Shown in pieces: positions 1 through 13,035 of a DNA stretch of 64,000 bases. Every line of letters starts with the position of its first letter. Positions within the stretch are counted from its first letter, which is position 1. Made by a program: the position numbers and the translations under genes. The DNA is from Squalus acanthias. Taxonomy: Eukaryota. Below the pieces are notes generated by a model. The model saw nothing but the letters and a program-made list of their open reading frames with translations, did not search any database and was not told where the DNA came from. The stretch spans positions 60,390,001 through 60,454,000 of the forward strand of contig CM059432.1 in assembly GCA_030390025.1 (NCBI GenBank), given 5' to 3'.

Positions 1-870
1 GGCTCCAGGTCTTGTTGCAGCATTGCGCAGATGTCACCCACTACCTCTCACGAAAGTCGGAGCCGCCTTTGGCACTGCTGCTCAGACATGTTGAGGTAGC
101 TGACCCTGTATCTGTAGACCCTGTTTGGGGGGTATCTCCTGCGCCGACGGGCTTCCATGCGCTGGCCCCTTCTGGCCTGTGTAGCTTCAGGTGGGTGAGC
201 AGCAGCTTGGCGCTCCTGTTGTTGCTGCTGCTGTTGGTGCTGCTGCTGTTGGTGCTGCTGTTGTTCATGGTTCTGCTGGTGCCGCGGCTGGTCTTCGTCT
301 TCATCTGATGTCCAGAAGGGAAGGAAATAAATGGCTCCCATGCTTCTGGTATATGCCTCAGTTGAGGAAGCGCTCAGTCAAGGTGGCGAGAGGGGTTTCC
401 CAGGAGGTCGCACTGGAGATGGGTGTCAGGCTCCAAACTTCCACAGCTGTGGTTATGCCTTCTAAAAGTTCCCCCAGACCTGAGACAGCAAAGTCCTGCC
501 ACCTGCAAATGATGGCTGATCAAATCTCCTATTTAATGGTTGAGCTGCAGCTGATAGTCAGCAATCCAATTGTGCTACCGCCAGGTTTCACCGTCGTGTT
601 TCAGAACAGGCGTGCTTCACGTGGGAAAAGGGTTAAAATCACAAAGGCCTATCAAAATGGCATTATAGAGGCAATTTAGTGCTTGTTAAGGGCCTTAATG
701 GCCTATCCCGCCTCTTGGAGGCGGGACGGAGACGGGACCAGTAGACACGATTTAATGAAAATTGCTTGGAGGCGGGATGGAGGCGGGTTGGGCCCGCCCA
801 CCAGTTTTTGCAATTTTAACCACCCACACGCCTCCAATCCCGCCTCAACGGCCCGATGAAATTCGAGCCC
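1..870 (-). mobile_element. PIF/Harbinger DNA transposon, transposase-side end (continues left of window)
   Basis: Terminus AAATTCGAGCCC ends at 870; subterminal GGCGGG repeats; ORF 48-341(-) is a HARBI1-like N-terminus (polyQ, RRRRYPPNRVYRYRVSYLNMSEQQCQRRLRLS). Confidence 0.85.
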
Positions 871-1317
871 ATTGTCTCTTCTAGCTGTTCTCACTTCCCA
901 AATGATAAAGTATTTACCAAACCCTTTTTTCATGTGAAGATAGTATTTCTTTAAGTAAAAATATGAATATTACAGTCCATCCACAGTTAGACTGTAAATA
1001 ACTTTATACACTCCACCTTTAAACAACAAGATGTACTGTGTGTAATGTTGCATACAGTTCAAAAGACAATGATGCATAGTCTGGACCATTTAGCTCAAGA
1101 TGCTTTAGTAGGTATTTTGGATTTTAAAAGACAGCTATTGCTTACTTTCAAGTCACGTGGCTTTAGAGTTGACTTATTAGATCTGATTTTATGAAATTAT
1201 GCTCCTGGAATGGTTCCTCAGATACCGGGAGCCCATATCAGGAAATCAAGGGTGCGCTACCCACCAGAAGTGCACATTCAGAAAATCAACATGAGTAAAA
1301 TCAAATGAAAAACTTAC

Positions 1318-1471
1318 TTTGTCTACCCTGATACTTTCCTCCTGTTCCATATCAGCAGATTCATTCATAAGTTGGTTGTATAATTTTTCCGCTTCTACAA
1401 GCTGATCCTTAGTTTCTCTCTCCCGAGTAGTATAAGTATTAAAGAGAGCTCTGGCATTGATTATGTCATTT
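1318..1471 (-). CDS. CCDC178: Host gene coding exon (154 bp), coiled-coil protein, CCDC178-like
   Basis: Acceptor ctttctatttaatag, donor gtaagt; open frame NDIINARALFNTYTTRERETKDQLVEAEKLYNQLMNESADMEQEESIRVDK; first base completes the CA left by the upstream exon (CAA=Q). Exon well supported; symbol rests on recalled similarity (LF..Y spacing) and is less certain. Confidence 0.75.
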
Positions 1472-2661
1472 CTATTAAATAGAAAGATTGTGTGTTATAA
1501 AGCAGTTATGAAGCTTGTATAAACCTTTTTATCTCTTTCACAGAAACATTTTTGTCCAGAGATTATGCATAGAGTTCAGTGCAAAAATGTATTTATTTTT
1601 AAATATAAATAACCTAACAAATTGAACAATTAATTATCCAAATAATACAGATTATCTTAATATCAAACAATGATCCTCAACTAAATATCTAGGGCTATCA
1701 CAAAAAACAGACATACACATAATTGTATATGTAAAGTTATGTACTGCTTTTTATAATATTTTTGTAATATTATTTTCCCTTTAATACTATTTTCAGTATA
1801 GGTTGCTCTGACTGGCATTGATCAGTTTATAATAGTTAAACAAGTCACTTCCTTCATTAAGAAAATGATTAGCAAACAATTCTTCCTTTGCAACACAAAA
1901 GGCATTAATATTAACCCATCAGTTCATAACTTATATGTTATAACAATAATAAGCCATACTTATTTGGGCTTTTCTGCCCCAAATGAGTGCTGGTGAGTTG
2001 GACGGTGAGATTGAACTTAACCAAATTCACATTTAATTAATTTACACTAAGTACTCAGAATCGGAAATAAATCAAATACCAGTTGTAAACTACCATGAAC
2101 TTAGTAATGTATCATGCAGCAAAGCTCTCTATGCAAAGAATAAAAAGTGTTTTTACAAGTGATAACTATTATAGAAGGAACTCCCGTAAATTCAAAAATT
2201 AATGTCCCACTCCAAGAAAATATACCGCTGCTGCTGAAAATCAAAATATTACGACAGTCTTGCTAATTGTGTTGAAATTGATTTATCTTATAATAACTGT
2301 AGTGTTACAATAATATTTAATTACTGTCGCTTTTTTATGTGTTACAATAAAATCTTATATATTAAGACTGCTTCCTTTGACCCCAAGTTATTAATGAACC
2401 AAAATACGGAATTTTCCTATACTGGTCTTATAAACCACAGGAAATACTGAGGCTGAAAATTTGACACATTCCCACTATAAATGACCAGAAATTCAGCTCA
2501 GATAATCCAGCTCCTGGCCTTCTCCAATAAGTTTCCGCAGGGCCTCATTTGGGGGTGGGACAAAGGAACGTAGGAACTGGAAAAGGCTATTCAGCCCCTC
2601 GAGCCTGTTTTGCCGTTCTATTAGATCATGGCTGATCTGTACCTCAACTCCATTTACCCAC

Positions 2662-3088
2662 TGTAAGACAATTCAAACCTGACATACCAAAAATGGTTGC
2701 AAAGTAATCCTTTTGTTGTGTTCAACCAGGTCCAGATACACGCAATGTTTTTAAGCAGACATACAGAGAAATAACGCAATTACGCCGTTTTGCCCTGGGT
2801 AGAGACAATGGGCTGGATTTTGATACTGGGGCGGGTTGGGGTCGTGTTATCCACTTTTCGTGTTATCCACTCAACTGCAATTGGATGTGGGAGATTGATG
2901 CAATTTTCACCTAATTGGGCAATTGAGTTGCAGCATGTGGGAACCCATGACCCAATTAATGTTTTCAGTCTGAAAGTCGCCTCTGATGATGTCATCATTG
3001 CTGCTGTATTGAATGTCTTCTAGACTGCCTGGCCTTTGCTGTGAGAGGACCTGGATGGAAGTCTGTTCCCAGATATTTTTAGGAGAGA

Positions 3089-3128
<40 letters not shown>

Positions 3129-4111
3129 AAGAAAGAAAGAGAGAAAGAGAGAGAGAGAGAGAGAGACTGGCTTTTGCTGTGAGAGGACCTGAAGGCAAAA
3201 TGAGCAGCAGCAGCCCTTTGTCTACTCCCAGATATTTTTCCTACTACTACCACTCCATTCTAATAGTGGACCTGCAGCTGATAGTCAGCTTTCGAAATGT
3301 GCTCCCGCCAGGTTTCACAATCCTGTTTCACAACAGGCGTGCTTCACGTAGAACAAGGGTTAAAATCACAAAGGCCTTTCAAAATGGCATTATAGAGCCA
3401 ATTTAGTGCTTGTTAAGGGCCTTAACAGCCCATCCCACCTCTTAAAGGCGGGATGGAGTCGGGACCAGCAGACACAATTTAATGAAAATTGCGTGGAGGC
3501 GGGATGGAGGCGGACTTGTGCCCACCCGCCAGTTTTCGCAATTTTAACCCCCCACACGCCTCCAAACCCGCCTCCACGGGTCAATGAAAATCCAGCCCAT
3601 AAACTTCATTGATCCTTTCAATCCTGACTCTACAAATTGTTAAGGAAAGCTCAAGATCTTTAAGGGTCACTAGTCACGCACACTGTCCTTGCTGATTCAT
3701 TATGGTACGACAATTGTTATTGTGAACAAGACCCCAGAAATGAGGTAGTTCCTTACAAAACACCAGATGTCAACTTATTTACCATCCTGGTCTATTGTCC
3801 CACTCCCTATCTCAAGATGGTCTTGGCTATCTCGTTTCACAATGTGGCAACAAAAAAAGTCAACAGGCACGAATCACATATCCTGCACTTCCAGCCGAAG
3901 CTAAGCAGCGCAGTCAGTTAAATTGTACCCCGACAAATTAAACCCTAAATCCTCCTGGGAAGGAACAACTTTAACCATTTCATTATTTCTAGCTACAGTA
4001 CAAATCTACAAACTATCTATAAGTAAAAAGAAAGCAAAAACCTTAATCATATGAGATGATACCAAATCCTAACCCTATGTATATATGTATACATGATTAA
4101 AGTATCTTACA
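2662..4111. mobile_element. Solo LTR (about 660 bp excluding nested MITE)
   Basis: TGTAAGA...TCTTACA inverted termini, 4-bp TSD CCAC (2658-2661, 4112-4115); cleanly interrupts a CR1. Confidence 0.8.
2810..3598. mobile_element. Harbinger MITE family B, copy 1
   Basis: TIR GGGCTGGATTTT/AAAATCCAGCCC; close copies at 20231 and 30685; right ~330 bp homologous to 540-870; internal (GA)n. Confidence 0.9.
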
Positions 4112-4794
4112 CCACCTTTTCTCCATATCTCTTGACACCCTTACCAAACAAAATTCTATCGAGCTCAGTTTTGAAAAGTTCAATTGACCCAGCATTCACA
4201 GGCTTTTGGGGGAGAGATCTCCAGCTTTTCACTGATTTCACTCCTAAATGGCCTAGCTCTAATTTTAAAGATCTCAATCAAATTTGTGTTGTCTGTAAAC
4301 TTGGATATACAACTCGCTATACCATCACCCAAGTCATTAATATATATATGGTGACTAGCTGAAGCCAGGTACAGATCCCTGGGGAACACCACTTGTCACA
4401 TCCCACCAATTAGAGAACCTTTATCCCTACTCTCTATCTCCAACCTCCCAACCCATGTCACAAGGTTACCTCCAATTCTGTGCGCTTTCATTTTTGATAA
4501 TATCTTGTGTGGAACCTTATCAAATGCTTCCGCCCACCCCAAACAAGGTCATCTGTATCAGTGAGGATATGGCCAAGAAGAGGGTCTCCCAGGGCAGGGG
4601 TTTTCTCATTACTGGCCTAGGAATCCGCAGGGTGGTGGTATGCCTAGTGAAACAAGGTATACCAGCATCCTGGCCATGGGATCCACCTGGCATCCCAACC
4701 ACCCCAGAAGCAGGCACCCTTTAGACAAATTATTGACCTCCCTGACTGGTTGATGCCTGAGATGCACCTTTACTGGTAATATCACATTCCTTGT

Positions 4795-4962
4795 TAGCCA
4801 TGTCTCAATGCTGGCACTCTTGCCCCTGAGTCAGAAGGTTGTGGGTTCAAGCCCCATTCCAGGGACTTGAGGACATAATCCAGGCTGACACTGCAGTTCA
4901 GTCCTGAGATAGAGCTGCACTGTTGGAGATGCCATCTTTCAGATGAGACATTAAACCGAGGC
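4795..4962 (+). mobile_element. tRNA-derived DeuSINE (SacSINE1-like), 3' truncated
   Basis: B box GGTTCAAGCCC near 4844; Deu-type core gctgcactgttggagatgccatctttcagatgagacattaaaccgaggc; homologous to 38288-38697. Confidence 0.8.
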
Positions 4963-5902
4963 TGAAGTAGTATTCAGTGGGTAAGTCATGAAAATGGGAA
5001 AATCAGAGGAATAGCCTTCCCTTTCAAGATTTTGTTTGTAGGAGGATAATTCTTTCCAACCATAGCAGATATTCTTTTCCAGATCTTGCTTAAACTTGAC
5101 AACACTTGCAGCCTGGAGTAATATTCTTTGCCTGCAGTCACCAATCATAGCCAAATACCAGGAGTGCATTCTTTGCAATAAATTAAAAATTTGAATTCAG
5201 AATTAGACATTCACAATTGAACAAAATGGTCCAGAAAAATAACAAAACTGCCTTAGAGACCTAGGGAGCTAAATTGGATAGCCCCCAAAATCGGGCCCGG
5301 GGATCGTGATGCGCAATTAACCTGCGCCCGTTCGATGTAATGCAGGCAGCACGGCATCTTCTTGCTGCCTGGTCATTTACATGATTTCTGTGTGCAGCCA
5401 GCGCTAATCGCGCTGTTGATTGACGGCAGGCATCAGCAGGGGGCCCAAAACCAATACTTGCTAGCACTACTTAAAGCTAGTCCACACCTCTTAAAGGAGA
5501 GGTGCATTGTGGCTGGAGCAGGTGCTGGTTGTCCTGTGTGAGCTGAATCTGACCTGGGAAAGACAGAGAACGGCTGAACATGGGAGAGAGCGGGCACCCA
5601 GGTTTTCCGACGCTGCACTAGAGGTTTTGGTGGAGGAGGTGGAAACGAGGAGAGCCGTCCTGTATCCCTAGACCCTCCAGATACATGGTGAAAAGGCAGT
5701 TGGAGCTGATAGCGGCGAGGTCAATGCCAGGAGCCTAGCCCCAAAGACCTGGATGTGGTACCACAAGAAGTGTAATGACCTCACACGAGTGGTCAAGGTC
5801 AGTGATTGCATCTCCAAAAGCCATTTCCTACCAACTGCATCACTAGCCTCAGCTACTGCTCAAATCACCACACCCCCATTACTCACCTACCAGTAATCTC
5901 TA

Positions 5903-7835
5903 TCATAGAAACATAGAAGATAGGAACAGGAGTAGGCCATTCGGCCCCTCTAGCCTGCTCCGCCATTCAATGCGATCATGGCTGATCATCCACAGGTTCA
6001 CCACTCTCTGGGTGAAGAAATTCCTCCTCATCTCAGTCCTAAATGGCTTACCCCTTATCCTTAGACTGTGATCCCTGGTTCTGGACTCCCCCGCCATCGG
6101 GAACAGCCTTCCTGCATCTAGTCTGTCTAGTCCTGTTAGAATTTTATAAGTTTCAATGAGATCCCCTCTCATTCTTCTAATCTCGAGCGAATATAAGCCT
6201 AATCGACCCAATCTCTCTTCATACGTCATTCCTGTCATCCCAGGTATCAGTCTGGTGAATCTTCGCTGCACTCCCTCCATGGCAAGAACATCCTTCCTCA
6301 GATAAGGCAACCAAAACTGCACACAATACTCAAGGTGTGGTCTCACCAAGGCCTTGTACAACTGCAGCAAGACATCCTTGCTCCTGTACTCGAATCCTCT
6401 CGCTATGAAGGCCAACATACCATTTGCCTTCTTAACCGCCTGCTGCACCTGCATGCTTACCTTCAGCAACTGGTGCACAAGGACACCCAGGTCTCGTTGC
6501 ACTTCCCTTCTTCCCAATCTATTGCCGTTCAGATAATAATCTGCATTCCTGTTTTTTGTCACCAAAATGGATAACCTCGCATTTATCCACATTATACTGC
6601 ATCTGCCATGCATCTGCCCAATCACCCAACCTGTCCAAATCATCCTGAAGTTTCTCTGCATCCTCCTCACAGCACACACACCCACCCAGCTTTGTGTCGT
6701 CTGCAAACTTGGAGATATTACATCTAGTTCACTCGTCTAGATCATGAATATATATTGTGAATAACTGGGGTCCTAGCACCGATCCCTGCAGTACCCCACT
6801 AGTCACTGCCTGCCACTCGGAAAAAGACCCGTTTATTCCAACTCTTTGCTTCCTGTCTGCCAACCAGTTTTCTATCCAAGTCAGTACCATGTGCTTTAAC
6901 TTTGCATGCTAATCTCTTATGCGGGACCTTATCGAAAGCCTTCTGAAAGTCCAAATATACCACATCCACTGGTTCTCCCTTATCTATTCTACCAGTTACA
7001 TCCTCAAAAAATTCCAGTAGATTAGTCAGGCATGATTTACCTTTTGTAAATCCATGTTGACTTTATCCGATCCTGTCACTGTTTTCCAAGTGCTCTGCTA
7101 TTACATCTTTGATAATGGACTCTAGCATTTTCCCCACTACCGATGTCAGGCTTACCAGTCTATAATTCCCCATTTTCTCTCTACCACCTTTTTTAAATAG
7201 TGGGGTTACATTAGCTACCCTCCAATCCATGGGAACTGTTCCAGAGTCTGTAGAATTTTGGAAGATGACCAGCAATGCATCTACTATTTCTAGGGCCACT
7301 TCCTTAAGTACCCTAGGATGTAGATTATCAGGCCCTGGGGATTTATCGGCCTTCAATCCCGTCAATTTCCCTAACACCATTTCCCTACAAATACTGATTT
7401 CATTCAGTTCCTCCCTCTCATTAGACCCTATGTTGCCCGACATCTCTGGGAGTTTATTTGTGTCCTCCTTTGTGAAGACAGAACTAAAGTAGGTATTTAA
7501 TTGGTCTGCCATCTCTTTGTTCCCCATTATAAATTCCCCTGATTCTGACTGCAAGGGACCTACGCTTGACTTCACCAATATTTTTCTCTTCACATATCTA
7601 TAGAAGCTTTTACAGTCAGTTTTTATGTTCCCTGCAAGCTTACTCTCATACTCTATTTCCCCCCTCTTAATTAATCCCTTTGTCCTCCTTTGCTGAATCC
7701 TAAACTGCTCCCAATCCTCAGGTTTGCTGCTTTTTCTGGCCAATTTATATGTCCTCTCCTTGGATCTTATGCTATCCCTAATTTCCCTTGTTAGCCACGG
7801 TTGAGTCACCTTTTTTGTTTTATTTTTATGCCAAA
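5903..7835 (-). mobile_element. CR1 LINE, 5' truncated, in Harbinger Myb intron 1
   Basis: ORFs 7063-7809 and 5903-6706 (KSPGPD, NYRLVSLTS, LVRPHLEYCVQFW); microsatellite tail at 5903. Confidence 0.95.
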
Positions 7836-8341
7836 ATAAATCAATCAGGACTTATACCTAACATGCATATGCTTCACCTCACCCTCACACACTTAGCACT
7901 GTTGCAAGACTCACACCCACATTTCACAGCTTTCACACACTGCCAACTATTCAACCATGACAGCCACATCACCCAAACATATTGCACGACACTCACTGAC
8001 ACACTTTTCTCTCACTTGCAGGAGAAGGTGGCACACAACCGAAGACATCCAGAACTAACCGGAGGGGGAGAGGCTCACCTGCATGTTCTAACCCCCATGG
8101 AGGAGACGGTGCTGGCCATTATCGTAAGTGCCATTGCTGAGGCCATGGCTAGTGTCGAGGCTGAAACCATTAAAGATGACGGTATCCTCATACCTAATCC
8201 TCCTCACATCCCACTTCCTCCTCATCCCACAATTTCTTCTGACTTACGAGCTGCAGATGGTGTAAGCATGCACCGCTTACTTTTTCCCCTCCCCTCACCA
8301 TAACCTTACCCTTGTGCCTTTTTCCTTTCAGATACCCAATA

Positions 8342-9520
8342 AGTGGAATCCATTTTTAAGGACGTGGTATCAAGTCACTTAGAATATCATAACATGATTA
8401 GGCAGAGTCAACATGGTTTTATGAAAGGGAAATCGTGTTTGACAAATTTATTAGAGTTTTTTGAGGATGTAACTAGCAGGGTAGATAAAGGGGAACCAGT
8501 GGATGTAGTATATTTGGATTTCCAAAAGACATTCGATAAGGTGCCACATAAAAGGTTATTGCACAAGATTAGGACTCATGGGGTTGGGGGTAATATAGTA
8601 GCATGGATAGAGAATTGGTTAACGGACAGAAAACAGAGAGATGGGATAAACGGATCTTTTTCAGGTTGGCAGGCTGTAACTAGTGGAGTGCCGCAAGGAT
8701 CAGTGTTGGGGCCTCAGTTATTTACAATCTATATTAATGACCTAGATGAAGGGACCCAGTGTAATGTATCCAAGTTTGCTGATGATACAAAGCTAGGTGG
8801 GACAGTAAGCCAAGAAACATAGAAAGCTACTATGCAGGTACAGCAAACAATAAGGAAGGCAAATTACATGTTGGCCTTTATTGCAAGGGGGTTGGAGTAT
8901 AAGAGTAAGGACGTCTTGCTACAATTGTACAGGGCCTTGGTGAGACCACACCTGGAGTACTGTGTACAATTTTGGTCTCCTTATCTAAGGAAGGATATAC
9001 TTGCCTTGGAGGTGGTGCAACGAAGGTTCACTAGATTGATTCCTGGGATGAGAGGGCTGTCCTATGATGAGGGATTGTGTAGAATGGGCCTCTACTCTCT
9101 GGGGTTTAGAAGAATGAGAGGTGATCTCATTGAAACACACAAGATTCTGAAGGGGATTGACAGGGTAGATGTTGAGAGGTTGTTTCCCCTGGCTGGAGTG
9201 TCTAGAACTAGGGGCATAGTCTCAGGATAAGGGGTAGGCCAGTTACGACCGAGATGAGGAGGAATTTCTTCACTCAGAGGTTTGTGAATCTTTGGAATTC
9301 TCTGCCCCAGAGGGCTGTGCATACTGAGTCATTGAGTATATTCAAGGCTGAGATCGATAGATTTTTGGACTCTAGGGGAATCAAGGGATATGGAGATCGG
9401 GCGGGAAAGTGGAGTTGAGGTCGATGATCAGCCATGATCTTATTGAATGGCGGAGCAGGCTCGAGGGGCCGTATGGCCTACTCCTGCTCTTATTTCTTAT
9501 GTTCTTATGTTCTTATGTTA
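8342..9520 (+). mobile_element. CR1 LINE, 5' truncated, internally deleted
   Basis: ORFs 8343-8822 ([14 protein letters not shown]) and 8832-9230; (TTCTTATG)n tail. Confidence 0.95.
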
Positions 9521-10758
9521 ATTGCAACCTGGCCAAGCAATGGAGGAACACCAAGAAAAGAGTGATGATGAAGACACATCATCAGTTAATTTCACACTCG
9601 AAGCCACCAGCTCAGATACTGACACTGCGCGTACCTTAGAGGATAGATTAGAGGTGGGATCTGCACATGGTGAGAAACTGGACACAAGTGTGATGCAGAC
9701 AGGGCAGGGGACAAGTGTAGCACATGTGCCAGCTAGTTGGAGGGCGAGGTTGCAACGAGTTCTGCTGCAGAGATCTCAGATGTAGCCTTCGATGGGGCAG
9801 GCTACAGAAGAAGGCTGGTGGGTATACACAACAAAATGTTTGGTGCATTGGGAAGCCTGCCAGAAAGCCTTTGTTCAATGTCAAGGAGCATGGAGGAGTC
9901 CGGCACCAACTTGGCACAGGGATTTACACACAGTTTGGAGCCCATCCTTTCCAGCATGGAAGAGGTGGCCAACTCCATCAACACACTTATGGACCCAATT
10001 ATGATGCAGCATATGATGGCCGATGTCTCAGCTTCCACTGCAACACAAGCAGCTTCCATCAAAAGTCTGAGTGCTGCAGTGGAAGCTCAGACTGAAGTGA
10101 TGCAAGGTCAGCTTGTTGCCGTGCAAGCTCAGACTGCTGCCAGCATGGCTGCGGATACCTGTGATCAAAAGGGGCGTGCAGGGTGCCACAGCAGTCCAGC
10201 AATCTATCCTCCAACAGATTACTAGAATTGCTGAGGCACCACCCCAGGGGAGTGGCAGTGGCTCCGTGGAGCAAGAACCTGCTGTCCTCTCTCAGGATGA
10301 CAGCATTCCTACTCCCACCACTGCCAGTCCACCAGTGACCTTACTGCTGCCTGTCAGCCAGCCAGCCCAGACTGTTGCCGCCCATGTCATGGTGGTGCAG
10401 TCTACAGCCAGGCCTTCTAGGTCCAGAGCTGGTCAAGGTCGTCTTCCAAGGCCATCTGCAGTCTCCTCCACTGAAAGTCAGCAGCTTTCCACCAGCCATG
10501 CTGTAACCACTGGTGTAGCACTGCGTAAGAGCATGAGGACAGGCAAAGGCACATGGAAGACAGGCACTAAGGGAATGTACAAGGGTGATTAATTTACAAT
10601 ACAATATGGCATGATTTCATTGATAAATTTAGTTTGGAATGTTTAATTTGTGTTGGCTTTTATTTTTGCATTGTGGCCAAGAGGACAATGTGATGGTCAG
10701 AGACAGAGGGAAGGTAAAGAGTGTGGGACTGCTGGTGAATGAGGAATTGGGGTTGCGG

Positions 10759-11911
10759 TTATTGGTATCTCACTCGAATTAGTTCTTCACGTACAGTCCA
10801 GGCAGAAAGAGACTGTCTAGGTTGCCGCCTCCCTTCCTCTTCCTCCTCTTCCACCTCCTCCTCTTCCATGTCCTCCTCTTCCTCCTCCTCCTCCTTGTGC
10901 TCCTGCTCCTCAGCTTCTCGCCTGATAGCTGGTGGCAAGGGCTGTGTCCTCATGATGGCAAGGTTGCGCAGCATGCCATATACCACCACGAATCTTGAGA
11001 CTCGCTCTACTGAGTACTGCAGAGCTCCTTCAGAGCAGTCTAGGCAGCGGAATCGTTGCTTCAGCATGCCAATGGTCTGTTCTATCACATTTCTTGTGGC
11101 AGCATGGCTCTCATTGTATGCATGCTGTGCACATGTGCGCGGGTTGCAAACCGGTGCCATGAGCCATGTTGTCAGCCGTTGTTTGCCGTGGTGGCTGAAG
11201 TACAGCTGGCACAGCGGACTGCTGGAGAATGAAGGCATCATGACTCCTGCCAGGATACCGGCAATGACCTGCATGATGTGCTGTCTACACACCAGCTGGA
11301 CGGTAAGGGTCTGGAATCCCTTTCGGTTCCGGTACATGCAGAGTTGACATACAGCGCCCGCAATACAATGTGCGTGCAGTCAATGGCACCCTGCACCATG
11401 GGGAAGCCTGCAATCCGAACAAACCCTTGTGTTCGCTCCGCCTGCTTGTCTCTGGCAAGAAAGATTGAAATTAAGTTAGCTCTCTTTGAATAGAGAGCCT
11501 CAGTGACCTCCCTTATGCAACAGTGAACGACAAACTGCGAGATATTGCTAATATCTCCAGCACAAGCCTGGAAGGCTCCAGACGCATAAAAGTTCATTGC
11601 CACGGTCACCTTCACAGCCACTGGCAATGCAGTCCTTGTCCTGCTCTGAGGTTGGAGTTGTGGCTGCAGCAGTTGTCAGATTTCAGTGAGGACATCCTTA
11701 GTGAACTGCAGATGTCTCAAACATTGTTCATCGCTGAGGTTCAGGTAGGAGAATTGCTTCCTGAACACCCTGGGTGGATATGGCCTCCTGCTGAAAGCCT
11801 TTCTCCCCCTCTTCCTTCTCCCTCTTCTAGCAGCTTGCCTGCTTTATGTGGCCTCTGCTCATTCTCCCAGTCATGCTCGATTCCAAGAGGAAGGCCTACT
11901 AGTGCACCCAT
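10759..11911 (-). pseudogene. Harbinger transposase (HARBI1-like DDE), frameshifted
   Basis: GFPMVQGAIDCTH, NRKGFQTLTVQLVC, YNESHAATRNVIEQTIGMLKQRFRCLD, acidic C-terminus across ORFs 11238-11627 and 10759-11337. Confidence 0.92.
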
Positions 11912-12219
11912 GTTTGGGAGCAACTGGTCTGTGCAGAAGCCTTGAAGTCAGCAAAAGTACTTCAGCATCTGCCACACCACTCCCTGTAGACTTTTGAAAC
12001 TTGAAACAACTATGGAAAGCACCAAAAACATGTAGAATTGCAGCAACAGCTAGAAGAAATCAACTAGCAACTAACCTGTAAGTAGCTGATGATCCCTTTA
12101 AATAGAGCTGGTGGGGTGTTCTTCCTGCTGCTGAACGCGTGTTCAGTTGTGAGAGGTTAAGAGAGGGCGTCAGCTGGACTGTTAAGCTCCAAAATGGCAG
12201 TGCTCTTGTCAAATCTGAT

Positions 12220-12227
12220 TGACGTCA
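12220..12227. promoter_or_regulatory. CRE-like palindrome TGACGTCA upstream of transposase, TATTTAAA(-) at 12097-12104
   Basis: Same motif at same distance from terminus at 24921, 28002, 53704, 56349; function inferred. Confidence 0.55.
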
Positions 12228-12892
12228 TTATCTGCCTGCTCTGCACACTTCCAGCAGACGTTCACTGCGCGCACATTAACACCTGCACCAAGATAGCGTG
12301 CTTCGCGTCACAAGTGTGCGCGCGCGCCGCAGACAACATTTTGGAACTCTAAGGGCACTGGTAGCACCCAAAGAACGGGCACTACTAAGCCCAATTCCTC
12401 GCACTTAGCATCTTACTGGAAAATATAGAGCTGCTCAATAAAAGCACAGGCACAGTTACAGTACTGATAATGGCAAAGAAATAATTCAGCTGAAATTATA
12501 ATGTTAGCATGATACAGGTGATAGAGAGTTGATCATTACAGTAACAATAATACTTCACAAAAGTTGAAATGCTCAAAAAAGCACAGTATTATAGGGGTAA
12601 TTTTATGAATGTATGCTCCTGCCAGGCAAGACTCCACTCTGAGAGCCTCTAGTATAAAATTGGTTCTTAAGTTTCTCATTTGAATGTACTAATTTAGTTA
12701 GACGCCTGTTAATTGAAGGAGACAGAAACTTATTTTTTTATATATGGATAAAGTCCTTAAAACGCCAACAAAACTTCTACTTTTTGAGAATTGAATTATT
12801 ATCAGTAAATAATTTATCCTCACACAGTATTTTGGAATTTCAAGGTAAATATCTTTAAGTTCTTTAATTAAAGATCACCAAAATATTCTTAC

Positions 12893-13035
12893 TGGAGCTT
12901 CGTTGTTTCGCTCCCAATGGAGTCAAGTTCCACACGCATCGCCTTTTGTTGCAACTGTGTTTTAGTACTGGTATCATTAAAGTCCTGCTGTACTGTATTA
13001 AGTTCCCAATCAACCTTGTTAAAGATTTCAGTCAT
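12893..13035 (-). CDS. CCDC178: Host gene coding exon (143 bp), coiled-coil protein, CCDC178-like
   Basis: Acceptor tttttctctgctctttag, donor gtaaga; MTEIFNKVDWELNTVQQDFNDTSTKTQLQQKAMRVELDSIGSETTKL+CA; phase-compatible with 1318-1471; KV..EL and K.Q spacing recalls CCDC178. Confidence 0.75.

Larger units (their letters stand above)
2563..4520 (-). mobile_element. Old CR1 LINE 3' fragment, split by a solo LTR
   Basis: CR1 3' end (attcagcccctcgagcctg...gatcatggctgatc) at 2563-2661 resumes at 4112; degenerate RT motif YINDLGDG..SKFTDNT in ORF 4180-4392. Confidence 0.75.
5570..10589 (+). pseudogene. Harbinger Myb/SANT-like gene, three exons (~5570-5797, 8022-8181, 8332-10589)
   Basis: RERAPRFSDAALEVLVEEVE...KKCNDLTRVVK then gtcagt; ttgcag then EKVAHNRRHPELTGGG; exon 3 with coiled-coil and S/P/T-rich tail; frameshifts and CR1 insertions. 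Confidence 0.8.
5264..12404. mobile_element. Full-length degenerate Harbinger (family E): Myb/SANT gene (+) converging on transposase (-), two nested CR1s
   Basis: Ends GGGAGCTAAATTGG / CCAATTCCTCGCAC, flanks CTA/TTA; both gene remnants present; homologous copy at 48673. Confidence 0.85.

Noticed and set aside
12..308. Poly-Leu membrane-like ORF
   Set aside because: Antisense reading of the transposase polyQ tract
10759..11911. Domesticated HARBI1 gene
   Set aside because: Frameshifted, bounded by TIRs and multicopy in the window
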